Source of the DNA: the human T2T-CHM13v2.0 reference genome, Homo sapiens
DNA length: 64,000 nucleotides
Strand: one strand, 5' to 3'
Assembly (NCBI RefSeq): GCF_009914755.1
Contig: NC_060926.1
Within the stretch, counting starts at the first letter, position 1; every line of letters begins with the position of its first letter. Position numbers and translations under genes: made by a program. Shown here piece after piece: positions 24,677 to 38,031 of the stretch. The notes beneath the pieces are model-generated. The model saw nothing but the letters and a program-made list of their open reading frames with translations. It was not told the DNA's origin and did no database searches.

Positions 24677-26458
24677 TATAATGTCTGATTAAAACCTTGG
24701 GCATTAGAATCACTTTCTTGCTCTGCTGTCAGAATAACTCTCTCCTCCTCTCTGACCTCCATGCTTTACTCAGTGTTATACTGTAGATGCCACTCTTTTC
24801 TTTCAATCAAACCTCAATGAATTCTGGTTCCTGCTCCAGCCAGGGTAAACCTTTGTATTTTCCTAATTTGTGCAATCAGAGCCAATCTTAAGAGTGGGTG
24901 GGTAGAATTTTTGAAGGGCTGATAGATGAATTAACCTGCTCAAAAATCCCTTCCTCAGTCTAACATTTCCACCGCCTGTCAGGCCTTTGCACAAATTTTA
25001 TTCAATTCAACTATGTGACCAGCACTGGTCCTCCCAAATCATTTAGTCTTTCAACAGATATCAGATAGCAAATATATTGTAAGCAATAACATGGGCTAAG
25101 CATTATGTAAGACAACAGTATTATGAAGACGGTTGAGGCAGAGACTCAGACATAAAGAACTACACCTCCAAGATAGGGAGAGAGACAGACAGACAAATTT
25201 AAAACTATAATGCTGCAACACAACTCTCCCAAAGAGTACTGAATTACATTGAAGAAAAGTCCCTCAGATTGGCAATTAGATCTTAACAATGGTGATCTTA
25301 AAGAGCGCAATTTGAGGGGAGAAGATGAAAGCTTGATTTCATTAGCGTTGTAATGATTGGACAGTTAGTAGAAGAGACAATGAAATTTCCTATTGAAAAT
25401 TTTGCTTGAAAATTGATAAACATGGGATGGTAGCTAATGGAATCTCCAGGGTCGAGGGAGCATTTGTTTATTTGCCTTGAAGATGGTAGAGCTGTGATCC
25501 TATTTATGAGCTGTAGTGGAAAAACTTTATGCCTTGACTCTCAGAGGACTTTTTTTTTTTAAGTTTTTAAGTCAACTTTTGAAGTGAAAATACTACTGGG
25601 AAGAGTAGGCTCTTAGTAAAATCTGTCAGTTGTCAGTTAACACCTTAGCAGGGCACAGGATGCTAGGGGGTGCCAAGAGCAGGCAGGAGAACGCTGCTCC
25701 TGACGAGGTGGGAGAGCACCCAATATCCGCTTCTTCACAGTCGCATCTGGGAGTCAGCCAACGAATCCCAGCTGGTCCTGCTTTGACAAACAATCCTCAT
25801 TCTCCTTTAATAGACTGAAATACAGGAACACAAACAGAGCTCAAATTAATGCTTTTGCACATTGCTCTTCCTTGCTGAAATTCTTTTTTAAGTAAATGAG
25901 AATATAGATTATAGAAGCAAACCAAGGATTACATAAGTAGGTTTGAGTATCTCAAATGGTACCAAAACAATGCATATTTGTGAAAAGTTAAAATACAACA
26001 GGCGGAACAAAAACAGAGGCCACCTTTCTCCCCTCCCTACTCTGTATGCTCCCACACAATGACAATCCGGTTACCAACTTGATGAGGGACTTTCTATATC
26101 TATACTGTGCATTTACACCCACACGTAAACATATCACACATATGTAATCTAGTTGCCGGGCACCGTTTTCCCTTCTCTAATATATATACATTGGCAGAAA
26201 TGTGATTTGGGACATGCCTACCTATCCTTAATAATAATAGCTAAAAGTTAGTAAGTACTCATTATATTACAGACACAGTACTAAGCACTTTATTATTTTT
26301 TAGTTTCACAAACAATAATTACCCAAGTGAATTTCATAACTAGCTAAAAACCAAAAATAAAGCAAAAGCTCCCATAATCAATTATCGTAATTCTCCTCTG
26401 ACATGACCATTGTTGTCAGTTAGGTGGATATCCTTCTAGACATGTTTAAATGCACATA

Positions 26459-26849
<391 letters not shown>

Positions 26850-27129
26850 TCAGATTTTTCATTTTGGTCATGCAGATCTTTCCATTTCAAACCATGTTAA
26901 TATAATTTATTATTTTTAACATTTGCATAGAAGGCATGCTAATCCACTCTGTGGTTTTCTCATAGATTAGCCAGTCATTATTTTACTGGCAGTCATTGAG
27001 GTTGATTCCAGTTTCACACAGTAACAAAGAATAGCGTAATAAAAAGCTCACATGGGCCCTTTGGACACATATGTCGGCATTTCCTTCAGTTAGTGAGAAG
27101 AGTGGTTGCAGGTCAAAGAACAGAGAAGA

Positions 27130-28075
27130 CATTCACCTGGCATCCCTTCTTTGCTTCCCATTTGCAATAACCCTCATATTCCACTCAACTTCTTTTCATC
27201 TGGGAATCAGATTCTAATAGAAGTAGAGCTTGTGAATTAAGGCAATGAGCCCATTTACTATCTCTGATAAGACTGATGGATTTAGAAGGTGGTGCACACC
27301 TTAAAACTGTTCTAATCAAATGAAACTCAGGAATTTTGATGAGAATTCCGAGATACTTACTCTTTTTTGCACATATATAGGAAAAACGTAGCCCTGGGAG
27401 ATGTCAAATACCATCTGTATCGGTTTGCTAGGGCTGCCATTAACAAAGAACCACAAACTGGGTGGCTTAAGCAACATAAATTTATTTTCTCACAGTTCCA
27501 GAGGCTAGAAACCAAGGTGTCAGCAGAGTTAGTTTCATCTAAGGGGCATGAGGGGAGGACCTGTGCCAGGCCTCATTCCTTATCTTAAAGATGACTATGT
27601 TCTCCCTGTGTCTTCACATCGTCTTCCCTCTGTGTGTATCCCTGTGTGTGCTTCCCTCCGTGTGTATCTGTGTCTGAATTTCCGCATTTATTAATTATCC
27701 TTATAAGGTAACCATTCATATTGGATTAAGTCCCACCTTAAGGACCTCATTTTAATTTAATGTCCTCTTTAAAGACCCTATCTCCAAATACAGTTATGTT
27801 CTGAGGTCCTAGGTGTTAGGACTGCAATATATGACTTTTGATGGGACATAACTCAGCTCATAGCATCGTCTGCAGATCACAGGTGGAGGCAAGCATAGGA
27901 TAAAAGGGAGAACAGAGAATCAGCAGGAAACTGGGTGCTTGCTTATCAAGACTCACTTGAAGCTAATGTGTCTTTGCTGAATTTCTTTCAATTGAATTTT
28001 TCGGTTCAGTCGATAATTTGCTTGAATTGCATAAGCAAACTCACATAGGATGTTTTTCTTATGACCAAAGGAATC
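27130..28075 (+). mobile_element. old ERVL/MaLR-type LTR relic (LTR16/MLT1K-L-like) split by MLT1C
   Basis: degenerate motifs (ctaatcaaatgaaactcaggaattttg; gcttatcaagac..cttgaagcta); family uncertain. Confidence 0.4.
27416..27865 (-). mobile_element. MLT1C-like MaLR solo LTR
   Basis: tgtatcggtttgctagggctgccattaacaaagaaccacaaactgggtggcttaa...cagctcatagca; TSD ccatc/tcgtc. Confidence 0.85.
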
Positions 28076-29886
28076 CAGGGAGTGAATAAGTTAAACTGTG
28101 ATTAATACTATTCAATTGAACTCCTGAAAAAACAAACATACTTTTAAGGAGTTAAAAGCTTTAAACATGCTTTCTCATCAACAGTATATAAAAGTGCTCA
28201 GTTTCTCATACTGTCATCAGTAACAATTATTTATAAATTTGCTTAAAAATTGGACTCCTTATGAGTAAAAACCAAAATCTCATCAGTTTTTTATTTTATT
28301 TTTTCTGATTAGTAGGAGGCTGGGTATCTTTTCCTCTGTCTATTGGTCATTTCAGTTCTTTTGTAAACTGCTAATTTACATCTTTGGTCAATAATTTTAT
28401 TTGGCTATTTAGTAATGTTTGTATTAACTTGTGGAGTCATACAGACAAGGCAAATATTTTCTCTTGTCCTGTCACTGTTTTAAAACTCTATTTATGGTGT
28501 TTTGTGTTATATAGAGGTTTTAAAATTTGGATTATTAGTTGGTTCAAATGCTCAGTCCTTTTCTTTGTAGTGTCTGGGTTTTGTTCCTTCTTTAGAAAGG
28601 TTGTCCCTATGCCAAAATTACATAAGCATTGTCTTATAATTTCATACATATAATACCTTTATTCTTAGTTTTCCTTATAATTAGATCTTTAGTATATTTG
28701 GAATATACTGTGAATATTATAATATAGAAAATATGATATATTTTAACGGATAGTCAATTGTTTCTAAATCTTTTAGTAAATAATTTGTGTCTCTTGTGAT
28801 TTGAATTATCTCATTTATCATATATCACATTATCATATTTATAGGGCCTGTTTCTGAAAAATCAATCCTGTTCTATTGATCTGTTGTGCTTATTTCTGTA
28901 CCAAAATCATACTGTTTCAATTAAGGTAGCTGTATCACATAAAATGATATTATTGAAAATATAATAAGGTAACTTTGTAATACAATGTTTGAAATACAAA
29001 TCTTCCTTTATTTTTCTTTTTAAACATTTCTTGGCTACTCTTCTCCATTTACTAGAAATCAGCTATTCTAGTTTCTTAAAAATCCCAAAGATATAATTCT
29101 AGCTTCTTCCCAGAACCATAGAAAAGGAGATCACTTTTACCCTTGCAATGAAAAAGAGCCAGACTTCATATTTATGCTTTTTCTTGAACCCATTAGGGAC
29201 GTGAGACACAACAAATAGTCCCAAACATCTCAGGAAAGATGAGATTTGCAGAAAGAAAGGAGATGCGAGCATTCACTCACTTGGAGTAGACAGCAAACAT
29301 GGTGGGAAAAGTTAAGCTAGAATAGCTGAAAAAAATAGTAAAAGCTGAGTGTGGGCTGGCAGAGCAAAATGAAACCCATTGAGGGCCACAGGTCTTGCAG
29401 GCTATCGCTTCATGAACCCCACGTGGTGCACTGACAGAAATGATTGGAAAGAGCTGAGGAAGTGTGGGGATAACAGCTGTGCAAGAGGAGCAAGAAACAC
29501 TCCCTGATCCGCTCCCCTGTCTCCACTGAGGAACACAAGCCTTCATTAAAAACCATAGGAAAAAACCCACATGGCACTGGGTTAGGCAGAGTTTTTTGAT
29601 ATGAGACCAAAAATATAATTCACAAAAGAAAATAAATGATAAATGTGGACTTTCTAAAAATGAAAAATCTTTTATACCTGAAGGATCTTGTAAAAAGAAT
29701 GAAATGACAAGCCATGGGCTAAGAATATATATACATATGCAAATTACATTTCTCAGAAAAGACTTAATGTCCAGAATATATAAAATCTCTAAAAGTACAA
29801 TAATAAAAGCTGGAACATTCTAATAAAGAAAGGGCAGAATATCTGAAAAAACAATTCAGTAAAGATTACTAGATGACAACTAAGAG

Positions 29887-30607
29887 CCACAATGAGATAC
29901 CATCTCATACCAATCAGAATGACTATTACTAAAAATTCAAAAAATAACAGATGTTGGCGAGGTTGTGAAGAAAAGGGAACCCTTATACACTGTTGGTGGG
30001 AGTGTAAATCAGTTCAACCATTGTGGAAGACAGTGTGGCAATTCTCAAAGACTAAAGACAGAAGTACCATTCAAGCCAGCAATCTCATTACAGGGTATCT
30101 ATCCAAAGGAATATAAATCATTCTATTATAAAGACACATGCATGCATGTGTTTAATGAAGCACCACTCACAATAGCAAAGACATGGAATCAACCTAAACG
30201 CCCATCAATGATAGACTGGATAAAGAAAATGTACATATACACCACAAAATACTATGCAGCCATAAAAAGAATGAGATAATGTCCTTTGCAGGGACAAGGA
30301 TGGATAATGGCTAAAGGCCATTATCTTAGCAAACTAACAATGAAACAGAAAACCAAATACTGCATGTTTTCATTCATAAGTGGAAGCTAAATGATGAGAG
30401 CACATGAACACAGAGGGGAACAACACACACTGGGGCTTATTGAAGGGCAGACGGTGGGATGAGGGAGAGAATCAGGAAAAATAACTAATGGGTATTCTGC
30501 TTAATAACTGGGTGATGAAATAATCTGTACGACAAACCCCCATGACAGAAGTTTACTTACATAACAAACCTGCACATGTACTCCTGAACTTAAAAGTAAA
30601 AAAAAAA
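29887..30607 (+). mobile_element. L1PA13-16-like 3' end
   Basis: MRYHLIPIRM...CWRGCEEKGTLIHCWWEC; atcaggaaaaataactaatggg...ctgggtgatgaaataatctgtac; A tail. Confidence 0.85.
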
Positions 30608-31296
30608 GTTTCTAAAAAGTTATTCAACATCATTAATAACTAGGGGAGTACAAATTAAAACCACAAGATGATACCACAACACACTTATTAGAATGCCTCC
30701 ACACCTCCAAAAATAAAACTGGCATTATTAAGCACTGACAAGAACATGGAGGAACTAGAATTTTCGTTAGTTGCTGGTGAGAATTCCAAATGCTACAGCC
30801 ACTTTGAAAACAGAAGTATGGCAATTTCTTATGAAATTAAATATGCATCTAACCCACAGATCCAAAAAACTATACACAAATGTTTACAGAAACTTTATTC
30901 ATAAACACGAAAAATTGGGAAAAAATAGACCTCTTTCAACTAGTGAATACAAAAACTATGAAATAGCCATACAATGGAATATAATTTAGCAATAAAAAAT
31001 AACAAACCATTGATTCACACAACATGCATGAATCATAAATACATTTTACTAAGTGAAAGAAGTCTGACCCAAAAGTCACATAGTGCATGATTCCATTTAT
31101 ATGACATGCCAGAAAAGGCAAAAGTATAAGGGATAGAAAACGAATCAGTTGCTTGCCAGCCTCAGGGGTTTGGAAGAGATGTTGTCTACATAAGGGAATT
31201 TAAGGGTAAGTATGGTGGTAGAATCTGACATTTCCTAAAACCTATGAAACTATATACCACACAAAGGGTGAAACATATTGCACATAAAATTGTTTA

Positions 31297-33312
31297 AATA
31301 AATTTTTTGTGTATATTTGAGGTTTACAACGTATTATGGGATACATATGGATAGTAAAATGGTTACTATAGTGATGCAAATTAACATATGCATCATCTCA
31401 CATAGTTACTTTTTGTGTGTGACCAAAAAAGCTAGAATCTTATTTACAAAATAACAGATATTTTAACAAAATTTATAACAAAATTTGGGGATTTTAACAA
31501 AAATCCCCAGTATAATGTTATTAATGATAGTTCTTATTAGAGGATGTACATTAGATCTCTAGACTTGTTCATCCTACCTATCTGCTACTTCATATCCTTT
31601 GACCTACATCTCCCCATTTCCTCTCCTCCCTGGCCCCTGGTAACCACTGTTTTATTCTCTATCTCTGCACATTTGACCTTTTTTCAAAGCTTCCATTTAT
31701 AAGCAAGATTACACAATTTTTTTTCTGTGTCTGGCTTATTTCATTTTGCATAATGTCTTCCAGGTCCAACCATATTGTGGCAAATGGCAGGATCTCATTC
31801 CTTTTTCAAGCATGAATAATATTCCATTATATTTCTATATTCCTGTATATTCATATATATATATAATTCCATTATATTCCTATATATTCATATATATGAA
31901 TATTATGTATGTACATATTCCATTATATATAAATTTAAAAATGTGTATATATACATTCCATTATATATTAATATATATATATTCCATTATATAATGGAAT
32001 ATGTATATATACACCTTTTCTTTTTCCGTTCATCCATCTATGGACACTTAGGTTGTTTTTATAACTTGGCTATTGTGAATAATACTGCAATGAACAGAGA
32101 AATGCAGATAGCTTTACAAGGTAATGATTTTATCTCCTTAGGGTATATGCTCAGGAGAGAGACTGGTGGATCATATGGTAGTTCTATTTTTAATTTCTTT
32201 AGGAACCCGCATATTGTTTTCCATAATGGCTGTTGCAATCTACATTCCTACCAGCAGTGTACTGGGTTCCCTTTTCTCCATACCTTTGCCGACATTTATT
32301 GTATCTTGTCTTTTGATAGTAGCCATCCTAATGGGTGATATCTCATAGTCGTTTCAATCTGCATTTTCTAGATAATTAGTAATATTTTACACTTTTCATA
32401 TACGTATTGGCCCTTTTAATGTTTTCTTTGAAGAAATGTTTGTTTGGGTTTCTTGCCCATTTTTCAATTGGGTTGTTTTCTGCTATTAAATTGTAAGAGT
32501 TCTTTATAACTTTTGAGCATAAAACCCTTATCAGATATGTGGTTTGCAAATATGTTTTCCCAGTTCATAGGTTGCCTTTTCATTTTGTTGATTGTTTCTT
32601 TTGTTGTACAGGAGCTTTTTGGTTTGGAGTGATCCCATTTATTAATTTCTGCTTTTGTAGCCTGGCTATTTGGTGTGATATTCACAAAATTAATACCAAC
32701 ATCCAGTTTCAAGAAGCATTTCCTCTGTGTTCTCTTCTAGGAGTTGATTTCAGGTCTTATATTTAGATTTTTTATCTATTTTCAGTTGACTTTTTTTTTT
32801 TTTTTTTTTTTTTTTTTGGTCTGGTACAAGATAAGGATTTGGTTTCATTCTTTTGCATGTGGAAACCTAGTTTTCCCAGTACCATTTATTGAAGAGACTA
32901 TCCTTTCCCCATTGTGTCTTCTTAGTGCCCTTGTCAAAAATTTGTTGACTACATGTGTATAAATTTATTTCTTGGCTCTCTATTCTGTTCCACTGGTCTA
33001 TGTTTCTGTTTTTATAACAGTACTATACTGCTTTGATTAATATACTTTTGTAATAAAATTTTACATTAGGAAGTATAATGCTTCCAACTTTGTTTTTCTT
33101 TCTCAGTATTGCTTTTGTGATTCAGAGTTGTATGTGGTTCCCTACAAACTTTAGAATTCTTTTTTCTACTTCTGTGAAGAATGCCATTGAAATTTTGATA
33201 GGGATTATGTTAAATCTATATATTGCTTTGAGCAGCATAGACATTTTAAGAATATTAAGTCTTCTGGTCTGTAAACATTAAATACCTTTCCATTTATTTG
33301 TGTCTTCTTTAA
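31297..33312 (-). mobile_element. L1MA7-9-like 3' portion
   Basis: gcaaattaacatatgcatcatctcacatagttac; minus ORF 32464-32712 KINKWD-like; diverged flanking duplication tgcacataaaatt/tgcatatgaatt. Confidence 0.8.
31822..32012. repeat. AT-rich low-complexity expansion of atattccattatat units within the L1MA
   Basis: repeated ttccattatat and (TA)n motifs. Confidence 0.8.
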
Positions 33313-34032
33313 TGCATATGAATTTTTAAAAAGTTAAATCAGCCAACATGTATGTGTGGGAGGAAGAAAGATAAAATGTGAATTATGACAAATGAATCTA
33401 TATTATAAATAAATCACATTATCATATTAAAGAGAATGGGAAGAAACAAGATGATTAAGCAACTTTGGAACAGTACTTTGGATACCATAAAGCTAAAGAT
33501 GGAAAGTCCATACTCAAACACTATGCTGTAGTTGGGAAACTGTTTCTCACAGGGATATAGGGTAGAAATTTTGATTCTACTTTGTTTTTATACTTGACTT
33601 GAACAAATAAGTAAATGGGCTGTGCCTAAGGAGACCTAGAGCAAGTAGCTACAATTATGGAAATGAAGAAGACTAGAATGAATCCTGTGGGGCTAGAAAA
33701 ATCGCAGAGGTATCAATACAGACATGTGGTTGCAAAAGACAGGTAGACAGATGATAGATAGATAGAAAAATAAACATAAATAAGGCTATATACACCAGTG
33801 TGTTTGTGTGTATGTGTTCTATCTCTATCTAGAGACAGGAACTCAAAGCAGTGACACCTCAGTGGCAATTAGCATACCTAATACCCAGATCGTGGTTTCT
33901 AAACACTATTCTCTAAGAAAGAGCACCAGGGCCCACTGGAGAACTGGTTTATTTAAAAGCCAAGGCACATAAAATACAAGGTGAACCTGAAGCATCTTGC
34001 GGTGCCAGAAAGTATGGAAGTGCCCCTTACAA

Positions 34033-34285
34033 AGAATAAATAAGACCTAGCATTTTATAGCAAACAGGGTGACTATAGTCAATGATAACTTAATTGTACA
34101 TTTAAAAATAACCAAAAGAGTGTAATTGGATTGTTTATAACACAAAGGATAAATGTTTGAGTGTACGGATACGCCATCTTCCATGATGTGGTTATTATGC
34201 ATTGTATGCATGTATCAAAACATCGCATGTACCCCATAAATACAAACACCATGTACCCACAAATTAAAAATAAAAATGTTTTTAA
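34033..34285 (+). mobile_element. L1MA1-3-like 3' terminal fragment
   Basis: cagggtgactatagtcaat...gtgtaattggattgtttataacacaaaggataaatg...gtacccacaaattaaaaataaaaa. Confidence 0.82.
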
Positions 34286-36244
34286 AATGAAGAAATAAGA
34301 TGTGGTCAAAAAAAAGGGATATAAACTTATAAAAAAATTATTAAAAAAAAGGATAGAAACTTATAAAAAAATTATAGAAGTCAACCTGAAAGCTCCTAAT
34401 GGTCAATGATGCACTTTTAGCAACAAAATAAATAATAGTAATATTGTATTATAATCCAGAGAATACAAATATCCATGACTCTATACTATACAGATATAAA
34501 TGAGAATAAACAAATAAATAATGTGGCAATTATTTCTTACAGAAGAATACCAATTAATAAATGTAAAAACAATGAAGGAAACAGAAAATCACTGCTAGAA
34601 CAAAACAGGAAGAATCACTGCCAGCAACATGTACCAATGGCTACTAAAATTAGTGGTTAAAAGTTTAAGCAGAAACAAACTAAATGTTTTGAGGGTGAAA
34701 CAAATGAATCATATGATCATAATTTAATACTTTTAAGGAGCTTATTAGATAATTTTTAAAAACACTGTTTTTAGTGGACACTGTAAAGCTTAAGAAAAAA
34801 ACACTCAAACACTGTTTTGATATTGTATTTCTAATTACAAAGGAGTAAACAGTTATCTTAGAGTGCAGAATCCTGGCAGATACCACTTTAATCAAGTGAT
34901 CATGTTTAACAAACCAACCTCATGCATAGCCTAAGATGATGCACTCCAGCATATCACCTCTGTGGGATCTGTCCCAATAATGCATAACCTGCCATCTAAT
35001 GCAAAGAAAACTTCAGACAGACCCAGACTGAGGGACAGTGTGCAAAATATGATCAGTACTCCTCAAAAGTGCCAAAGTATTGAAGACAAGAGAAGAATGA
35101 GGGTCACTCACCAACTGAAAGAGACTAAGGAGATACAACACAGTGTGATATTCTGGATTGAATTCTAAAAGAGAAAAATCAGTGAAACTTAAGAAGTTCT
35201 TTACTTAAAGTATTTACCAAGGTTAATTTCTCAGTTTTGATAAATGTTCTAAGGTTCTGTAAGATATTAAAAAGAAGTTGACTGAAAGGTATATGGGGAT
35301 TTTGTACTATTTTTTGTAAACACTTCTATAAACTTGAAATGATCTCAATTAAACTAAAAAAGAAAACACTGCCAGAAGGATGTTGATTGAAGCTAAGTTA
35401 AAACTACAGATTAATTTGAAAACTGATAGTTTTATGACAGTCAATCTTACATCCAGATATCATGTTTTTGTCCATTTACTCAGGTTTCTGTTTTATCTTT
35501 TAATCAACTTTTATTAATACCTTTAATATACAATTTTTATTAAGTTCCTTCTTATATATCTTATAATTTTATTACTCATTAAAATCGTATTTTTCTATCA
35601 GTTTCTAATTGGTAATTGCTCATTTATAGTCAAGCTATTTTTTGTTTTTTATGGAACCAGTAAGTGGGAATTTTGCTGAACTTCTTTATTATAGTCTTAA
35701 GGTTTTTAAATTATTTTTTCAGGATTTTCTATGTAAACAATCATAACATAGCAAATATTGACAGTTTTGTTTTCTTTCTTCTAATATTCATGTTCTGTAA
35801 ACTCATATTTATTAGGTTCTATAGAACAAATTGGAACAATAACACTGATAGGCATTATTGTCTTATCCCTGACTTTACTGTGGATTGACTTGGTACAATT
35901 GACTGTTTTGTATTGTTCTTTTTTCTTTTTCATACCAATGAATTGTAGGACTAATTTATTTCCTTTGGTTACTATGATTTTCACCATTAAAGCATAGTGT
36001 ATTTCCAATTACTATTAATACTATTTAATCTTCATCTTAAACAAAATAAAATTTTCAGCATGCTTTAATTTCTCATGTTCACCAATCCAACATCTTTATT
36101 TAGAAAAAGATTTGGAACTTTATTTCCAAATGTGGCTAGAGTATATGCTCAGTAATTCATTTAAAATTGTTTTGTTGGTGATCTCTGAAATCTTATATGG
36201 TTGAGCATCTTTTGCTTGGCCTCTATTCTTACATGGTATTTTAA

Positions 36245-36624
<380 letters not shown>

Positions 36625-36796
36625 TTCTTTTCCTTTCTAATGCCTGTGCTGCAGATGAGAAGTCTGATGCCAGTCTGAGGATTATTCTATATGGCAAACT
36701 AGAATTTTCTTCTCTGAAGGTTTAGGATTTTCTATCATAGACCTTCTGAAATTGAGTTTTGTTTTCCTTGTTGACACTCAGATATCCCTCCAAATT

Positions 36797-38031
36797 GTTT
36801 TTTTATCTTTTTTTTATTATTATAAATTCTGGGATACATGTGCAGAAGGTGCAGGTGTGTTACACAGGTATACACATGCCATGGTGGTTTGCTGCACCCA
36901 TCAACGCGCCATCTACATTAGATATTTCTCTTAATGCTATCCTTCTTCTGGCCCCCCAACCCCCTACAGGCACCAGTGTGTAATGTTCCCCTCCCTGTGA
37001 CCATGTGTTCCCACTGTTCAACTCCCACTTATAAGTGAGAACATGCAGTGTTTAGTTTTCTGTTCTTGTGTTAGTTTGCTGAGAATGATGGTTTCCAGCT
37101 TCATCCAAGTCCCTGCAAAGGACATGAACTCATCTTTTTATGGCTGCATAGTGTTCCATGGTGTATATGCACCACATTTTCTTTATGCAGTCTATCATTG
37201 ATGGGCATTTGGGTTGGTTCCAAGTCTGCTATTGTGAACAGTGCTGCAATAAACATACGTGTGTCATGTGTCTTCATAGTAGAATGATTTACAATCCTTT
37301 GGGTATATACCCAGTAAGGAGATTGGTGGGTCAGATGGTATTTCTAGTTCTAGATCCTTGAGGAATTGCCACACTGTCTTCCACAATGGTTGAACTAATT
37401 TACACTCCCACCAACAGTGTAAAAGCTTTCCTATTTCTCCACATCCTCTCCAGCATCTGTTGTTTCCTGACTTTTTGATGATCACCATTCTAACTGGCGT
37501 AAGATGGTATCTCATTGTGGTTTTGATTTGCATTTCTCTAATGATCAGTGATGATGAGCTTTTTTCATGTGATTGTTGGCCGCCTAAATGTCTTCTTTTG
37601 AGAAGTGTCTGTCCATATCCTTTGCCCACTTTTTGATGGGGTTGCTTTTTTCTTGTAAATTTGTTTAAGTTCCTTGTGGATTCTGGATATTAGCCCTTTG
37701 TCAGATGAATAGATTGCAAAAAATTTCTCCCATTCTGTAGGTTGCCTTTTCGCTCTGATGATAGTTTCTTTTGCTGTGCAGAAGCTCTTTAGTTTAATTA
37801 GATCTCATTTGTCAATTTTGGCTTTTGTTGCCATTGCTTTTGGTGTTTTAGTCATGAAGTCTTTGTCCATGCCTATGTCCTGAATAGTGTTGCCTAGGTT
37901 TTCTTCTAGGGTTTTTATGGTTTTAGGTCTTATATTTAAGTCTTTAATCCATCTTGAATTAATTTTTGTATAAGGTTTAAGGAAGGGGTCCAGTTTCAGT
38001 TTTCTGCATATGGCTAGCCAGTTTTCCCAGC
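36797..38031 (-). mobile_element. L1PA7-like 5'-truncated LINE-1
   Basis: gggatacatgtgcaga...ccatggtggtttgctgcacccatcaac; minus ORF 37264-37629 with CWRGCGE...HCWWEC. Confidence 0.88.

Larger units (their letters stand above)
29090..35365 (+). mobile_element. L1MC3/4-like LINE-1: 5'UTR-like piece joined to late ORF2 and long 3'UTR, with three nested L1 insertions
   Basis: gggttaggcagagttttttgatatga; gtgacacctcagtggcaattagcatacc...cccagatc; accactttaatcaagtgatca. Confidence 0.65.

Noticed and set aside
24490-24678. CRISPR-like repeat-spacer appearance
   Set aside because: Repeats are MADE1 terminal inverted repeats in mammalian DNA; spacers are not unique; no cas genes
34308-34376. Short tandem duplication aaaaaaaggata.aaacttataaaaaaattat
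   Set aside because: Ordinary slippage in A-rich L1 3'UTR sequence
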